DNA of 64,000 nucleotides from Chlamydiota bacterium (GTDB lineage Bacteria; Chlamydiota; Chlamydiia; Chlamydiales; JAAZZY01): NCBI GenBank assembly GCA_022601335.1, contig JAJACV010000020.1, positions 19,274 to 83,273 of the forward strand, read 5' to 3'. Shown piece by piece: positions 60,542 to 64,000 of this stretch (position 1 is its first letter; each line of letters starts with the position of its first letter). The notes under the pieces were generated by a model. It saw only the letters and a program-made list of their open reading frames with translations, ran no database searches and was not told where the DNA came from. The position numbers and the translations under genes were made by a program.

Positions 60542-60962
60542 GTATAAAATTAATTTGTATTCGGTTGGTAAAAATAAAGAAAAGTGGTTGCAAGACGCGC
60601 TAGAGCTGTATCAAGGGCGTCTTTCTTCTCAAATCAAGCTTAAGTTTATTTGGTCTAAAAATTCTAATCAACTCCTTAAATTTCTAGAAAATGAAAAAAA
60701 AATTATTTGTTTTGATCCTGTTGGCTTTTCATTTACCTCCGAAAAATTTTCTAGCTATTTGTTTAAAGCTTTAGAGGAAGGAGGGACTCAATTAGCTTTA
60801 GTGATAGGAGAAGCTCAAGGGCTCCCTGAAGCGTTAAAAAAGCACCCTGCTATTAGTTTATCGAAGATGGTATTCACGCACCAGATGGCTCGTCTTATTG
60901 TTGCTGAACAAATTTATAGGGCGCTTGCGATCAAAGAGGGTCTTCCCTATCACTTATCTTGA
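60540..60962 (+). CDS. rlmH: 23S rRNA pseudouridine-N3 methyltransferase
   Basis: SVGK, IGEAQG, SLSKMVFTHQMARLIVAEQIYRA, PYH. Confidence 0.93.
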   Translation: MYKINLYSVGKNKEKWLQDALELYQGRLSSQIKLKFIWSKNSNQLLKFLENEKKIICFDPVGFSFTSEKFSSYLFKALEEGGTQLALVIGEAQGLPEALKKHPAISLSKMVFTHQMARLIVAEQIYRALAIKEGLPYHLS

Positions 60963-61462
60963 GCAAGCACTCCCCTTTTCTCAGCCCATGCATATTTGAA
61001 ATAACTAAAGGCGCCTTTTAGTAAAGCGGATCCAATAGCTAAATCAATCGCTCCATGAATATCTCCTGGAAGTTTCAACCAGCGAATGAAGAAACCTAAA
61101 CACATCATGAACAAAAGTAACACATAGTACTTGCGAGTGTAGAGGTTTTTAAGTTCTGCAGGGTTTGGGTAACCTAGTATTTTTTGAACTCCGGAGCGCA
61201 CTGATTTGTTGAGTACGAAGTGCCCTTTTACATAGCCAATTAGAATACAGCCGATGATAAGAGCTGCCATAGCTTGCTCAGGTCTTGGAAAAACTAATGC
61301 AAGAGATTTAAAAAGTGAGAAAGAAGGAGAAATAACTATTTCATCCCAAAAACGAAGGGTATCCATCATATGATGCATACCTAATGTCATTAACATGACT
61401 CCGATAACAGTCCAAACGAGTCCAGAAAGTACGATCAATATAAAATGGCTACACTTAAACAT
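60950..61462 (-). CDS. Conserved membrane protein of unknown function
   Basis: Four TM segments; IGYVKGHFVL, GAIDLAIGSAL. Confidence 0.75.
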   Translation of the reverse strand: MFKCSHFILIVLSGLVWTVIGVMLMTLGMHHMMDTLRFWDEIVISPSFSLFKSLALVFPRPEQAMAALIIGCILIGYVKGHFVLNKSVRSGVQKILGYPNPAELKNLYTRKYYVLLLFMMCLGFFIRWLKLPGDIHGAIDLAIGSALLKGAFSYFKYAWAEKRGVLAQDK

Positions 61463-61803
61463 TTTTGTCCTCTTCCATATAAGTTTTTTTTAACATAGCT
61501 AAAGGGATAGATATTTGCAAGCGAGAGATCTCAATTAATCAAACTTAAAGTTTACACATGTATGTGCCATTGCGGTTATGCTTGGAACAAAGTAAAACTA
61601 TGAGTTAAGAGAGAGAAGAAGTTCTGAAGCTTAAAAGCAGATAGAGAAAATTCTCTATTTAGTTAGATCTAACGGGAGTATGCATCTCTATTAAAGTAAT
61701 ACTAGCGTGAGAAAACTCAATCTACTATAAAGAAAATTTTAAATTGACTTAATAATTAGAGCTTTTGATCTGTGAACTTTAAGAGCTAAGGTAGTTTTTT
61801 TTT

Positions 61804-62844
61804 ATGAATGTATCTCTCATTTTTGTACGTATTTTCTTTATTTTAGTAAGTATGATCTTTGTAACAGTCTATACAACGCATGTTTTCTTAGGTCCGATTG
61901 GGTTGATCTCAGGTCCTATCATTGGGTTTATATTTGGTATCTTACTCGTTTCATTAGAAGCCTTATTTAAACGTTTTAATCTACGTTCTTTCAATATAGC
62001 TCTCTTAGGTCTTTTTTTTGGCTATTTAATGGGTCAAGCTCTTGTTCTTATTTTGGATGGGGTTCTAAAATTAATTTACTCTCATACCTTGCACACCCAG
62101 CTCGTTGAGATGATTGAAATCGCTCTCTTTCTTGTTGGCATTTACCTGGGTCTTATTCTCACTCTCAGAGCGTCAGAGGAGCTGTACTTTAGTATTCCTT
62201 TTGTAAAATTTTCTACTATTAAGGAAAAGAAAAGAGACATTTTAATTGATAAATCGGCTCTTTCGGATTCTAGGGTTATAGACTTAGCGATGTCAGGTCT
62301 TATTGACTTTCATCTCGTTATACCGAGGTTTTTAATACGCGAGCTTTACGCTCAAATAGAGTCCTCTGATGAATCATTGAAACTGAATGCCAAAAAGGCA
62401 TTAGACAGCTTAAAAAAGCTAGAAGAGCACGAGGAAGTTGGATTAAGGTTTAACGATACAGATTTTCCTGAAGTAAAAGAGAGCAGCATAAAACTGATTC
62501 GTCTCTCTCGTTTGATTGATGCTAATATTCTAACAGCTGACATAAGTAAAATTCACATGTCAAAAGTTGAAGATGTCCGCATTATCAACCTACACACGCT
62601 CTCATCAGCCATGAAACCGCTAACGGAATCTGGAGAAGTGATTATAATAAAGATGCAGCGATCTGGAAAAGAGCCTGATCAGGGAGTGGGTTACTTAGAA
62701 GATGGAACAATGATTGTCGTCAATGGAGGCGGAGCTTTTATTGGAAGAGAGATAGAGGCGAATGTCTTATCTGTTAAGCACACATCTTCAGGCCGTATGA
62801 TTTTCTGCAATCTTAGTGAGCGTTTTAAAAAAGGATCGGCTTAA
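61804..62844 (+). CDS. PIN/TRAM domain membrane protein (YacL-like)
   Basis: Four N-terminal TM helices, LIDKSALSDSR PIN start, GKEPDQGVGYLEDGTMIVV, GRMIF. Confidence 0.9.
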   Translation: MNVSLIFVRIFFILVSMIFVTVYTTHVFLGPIGLISGPIIGFIFGILLVSLEALFKRFNLRSFNIALLGLFFGYLMGQALVLILDGVLKLIYSHTLHTQLVEMIEIALFLVGIYLGLILTLRASEELYFSIPFVKFSTIKEKKRDILIDKSALSDSRVIDLAMSGLIDFHLVIPRFLIRELYAQIESSDESLKLNAKKALDSLKKLEEHEEVGLRFNDTDFPEVKESSIKLIRLSRLIDANILTADISKIHMSKVEDVRIINLHTLSSAMKPLTESGEVIIIKMQRSGKEPDQGVGYLEDGTMIVVNGGGAFIGREIEANVLSVKHTSSGRMIFCNLSERFKKGSA

Positions 62845-63206
62845 AACCAAATAGCAGTAGCGGTTGCAAATTCTTGACAATGGCTAAGAGAAACTTCTAT
62901 TTTGGGCTGATCAAAGCGTTTTTTTGCTTCTTCAGAAAAAGTAACTATAGGTTTTCCTAATTCATTATTTTCGATTGAAATATCTTGATAAGAGAGGCTT
63001 GCTCCGAAACCGCAACCTAGGGCTTTTGCAACCGCTTCTTTTGCAGAAAAGCGCCCTGTAAAGTGTCTTTCGCTATCTTTAAACTTTGAACAGTAGTTGC
63101 GTTCTTTTTCAGTGAACAGGCGTTGTAAAAACCTTTTTGGGTGTCTGTCCATTAACGCTTTGAAGCGACCGATTTCGATAATATCTGTACCCACACCTTT
63201 AATCAT
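62841..63206 (-). CDS. acpS: Holo-ACP synthase
   Basis: GVGTDIIEI, GRFSAKEAVAKALG, GKP, SLSH. Confidence 0.97.
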   Translation of the reverse strand: MIKGVGTDIIEIGRFKALMDRHPKRFLQRLFTEKERNYCSKFKDSERHFTGRFSAKEAVAKALGCGFGASLSYQDISIENNELGKPIVTFSEEAKKRFDQPKIEVSLSHCQEFATATAIWF

Positions 63207-64000
63207 ATTTCATACTCAAGCAAAAGATTTTTTCTAATTTTTATGAATAGCAAGAGATTGAAAAGGATACAAGTACAAAACCCTGTGATACCCTGAACGC
63301 CTACTAAAAGATAATTGGGAGAAATAAAGAAAATAGCAAGTGTTGAAGAAAAAGCTTTTAGGACACCATCAAAAATAGAGGACCCTAAGACGGTATGTGA
63401 TTTAAGTCTAAAGTAGAGAAGTAGAGGAGAGATTAGAATAGAGTAGAGAATAATCCATAAGATTCCTATGAAGGGGTGGCATGGGTAGGAGTATCCTAAA
63501 AAAACAAGAGGCGCTTGCCATACTCCCCAAAGGGCTCCTGTTACGAACGAGGCTTTCCAAAATCCTGAAAATTTTATTTTATCCCATAGATAGCCACGCC
63601 ACATGAGTTCTTGCCCAAGAGTTGGCAAAAGGTAAAAAGTACAGCCTGCAATCACAGCCACAATGGCTCCTAAAAAAATAGAAACAAAGAGTCGAGTAAA
63701 TGGAGTGCAGTGATATAAAAAGGAAGGAAGCATTTCTTTTAAAAATCCTGTAGAGCGCAGCTCTAAAAAAGGCAAACTAAAAAGGTCTGTCAATGCTACG
63801 AGGGCTAGCGGCGTTAAAACGGCTGGGATAATACTTGAGTGCCACTTGATTTTTAAAGGAATGCGCATCTTTTCTAATTTATAAAAATAAAGAGCAACGA
63901 GTCCTGGAATCCACATGTAGAGAAAGAGAAAATATAAAAAAAGAGGTGAATACAGGCTCCCTCCTAAATAGATAAACAAAACTGCAAAAAACCAAGAAAA
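63203..64000 (-). CDS. CPBP/Abi (CAAX-protease-like) membrane protein with degenerate motifs; 5'-truncated by window edge
   Basis: LGQELMWRGYL, WGVWQAP, multi-TM; frame open to position 64000. Confidence 0.8.
   Translation of the reverse strand, partial: FSWFFAVLFIYLGGSLYSPLFLYFLFLYMWIPGLVALYFYKLEKMRIPLKIKWHSSIIPAVLTPLALVALTDLFSLPFLELRSTGFLKEMLPSFLYHCTPFTRLFVSIFLGAIVAVIAGCTFYLLPTLGQELMWRGYLWDKIKFSGFWKASFVTGALWGVWQAPLVFLGYSYPCHPFIGILWIILYSILISPLLLYFRLKSHTVLGSSIFDGVLKAFSSTLAIFFISPNYLLVGVQGITGFCTCILFNLLLFIKIRKNLLLEYEI

Noticed and set aside
61463-61803. 340-bp spacer as a small RNA or ltuA-like small gene
   Set aside because: Only very short ORFs and weak hairpins; adequately explained as a divergent promoter region

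Overview
Chromosomal segment of an AT-rich bacterium of the phylum Chlamydiae, probably an environmental, non-Chlamydiaceae lineage. The assignment rests on chlamydial gene order and families recognised from memory: smpB/dnaN-recF, sucA-sucB next to a CT053-like gene and hemW, pkn1 near ligA, the long chlamydial yidC followed by dnaA with lgt nearby, and a DUF3604 protein. Most of the window is housekeeping (folD, lpdA-sucB-sucA, pgi, trmB, rlmD, ligA, mtaB, ispH, hpt, yidC, dnaA, ridA, lgt, rlmH, acpS) plus tRNA-Pro(UGG) and tRNA-Leu(UAG). Between these lie orphan genes that look like host-interaction factors. The best candidate for an undescribed system is the accessory block at about 27.9-40.7 kb beside tRNA-Leu. 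It holds three tandem paralogues that each keep an intact CX5R loop (C-[KR]-[DH]-G-[IV]-D-R, phosphoinositide-phosphatase-like) behind unrelated N-termini, a divergently transcribed alpha/beta hydrolase, two paralogous beta-barrel outer-membrane proteins, a PP2C-like pseudo-phosphatase and an orphan ExbB. Other notable signals: a 708-aa orphan with a 132-bp tandem duplication ending in a DSGIGS (beta-TrCP degron-like) motif, an HPRT with a signal-peptide-like leader, a DOT1-like methyltransferase, two small ORFs missing from the ORF track, and lgt/rlmH starting from one shared CATG. No CRISPR array, rRNA, transposase or integrase was seen. All family calls come from motif recognition by eye; no database search was run.
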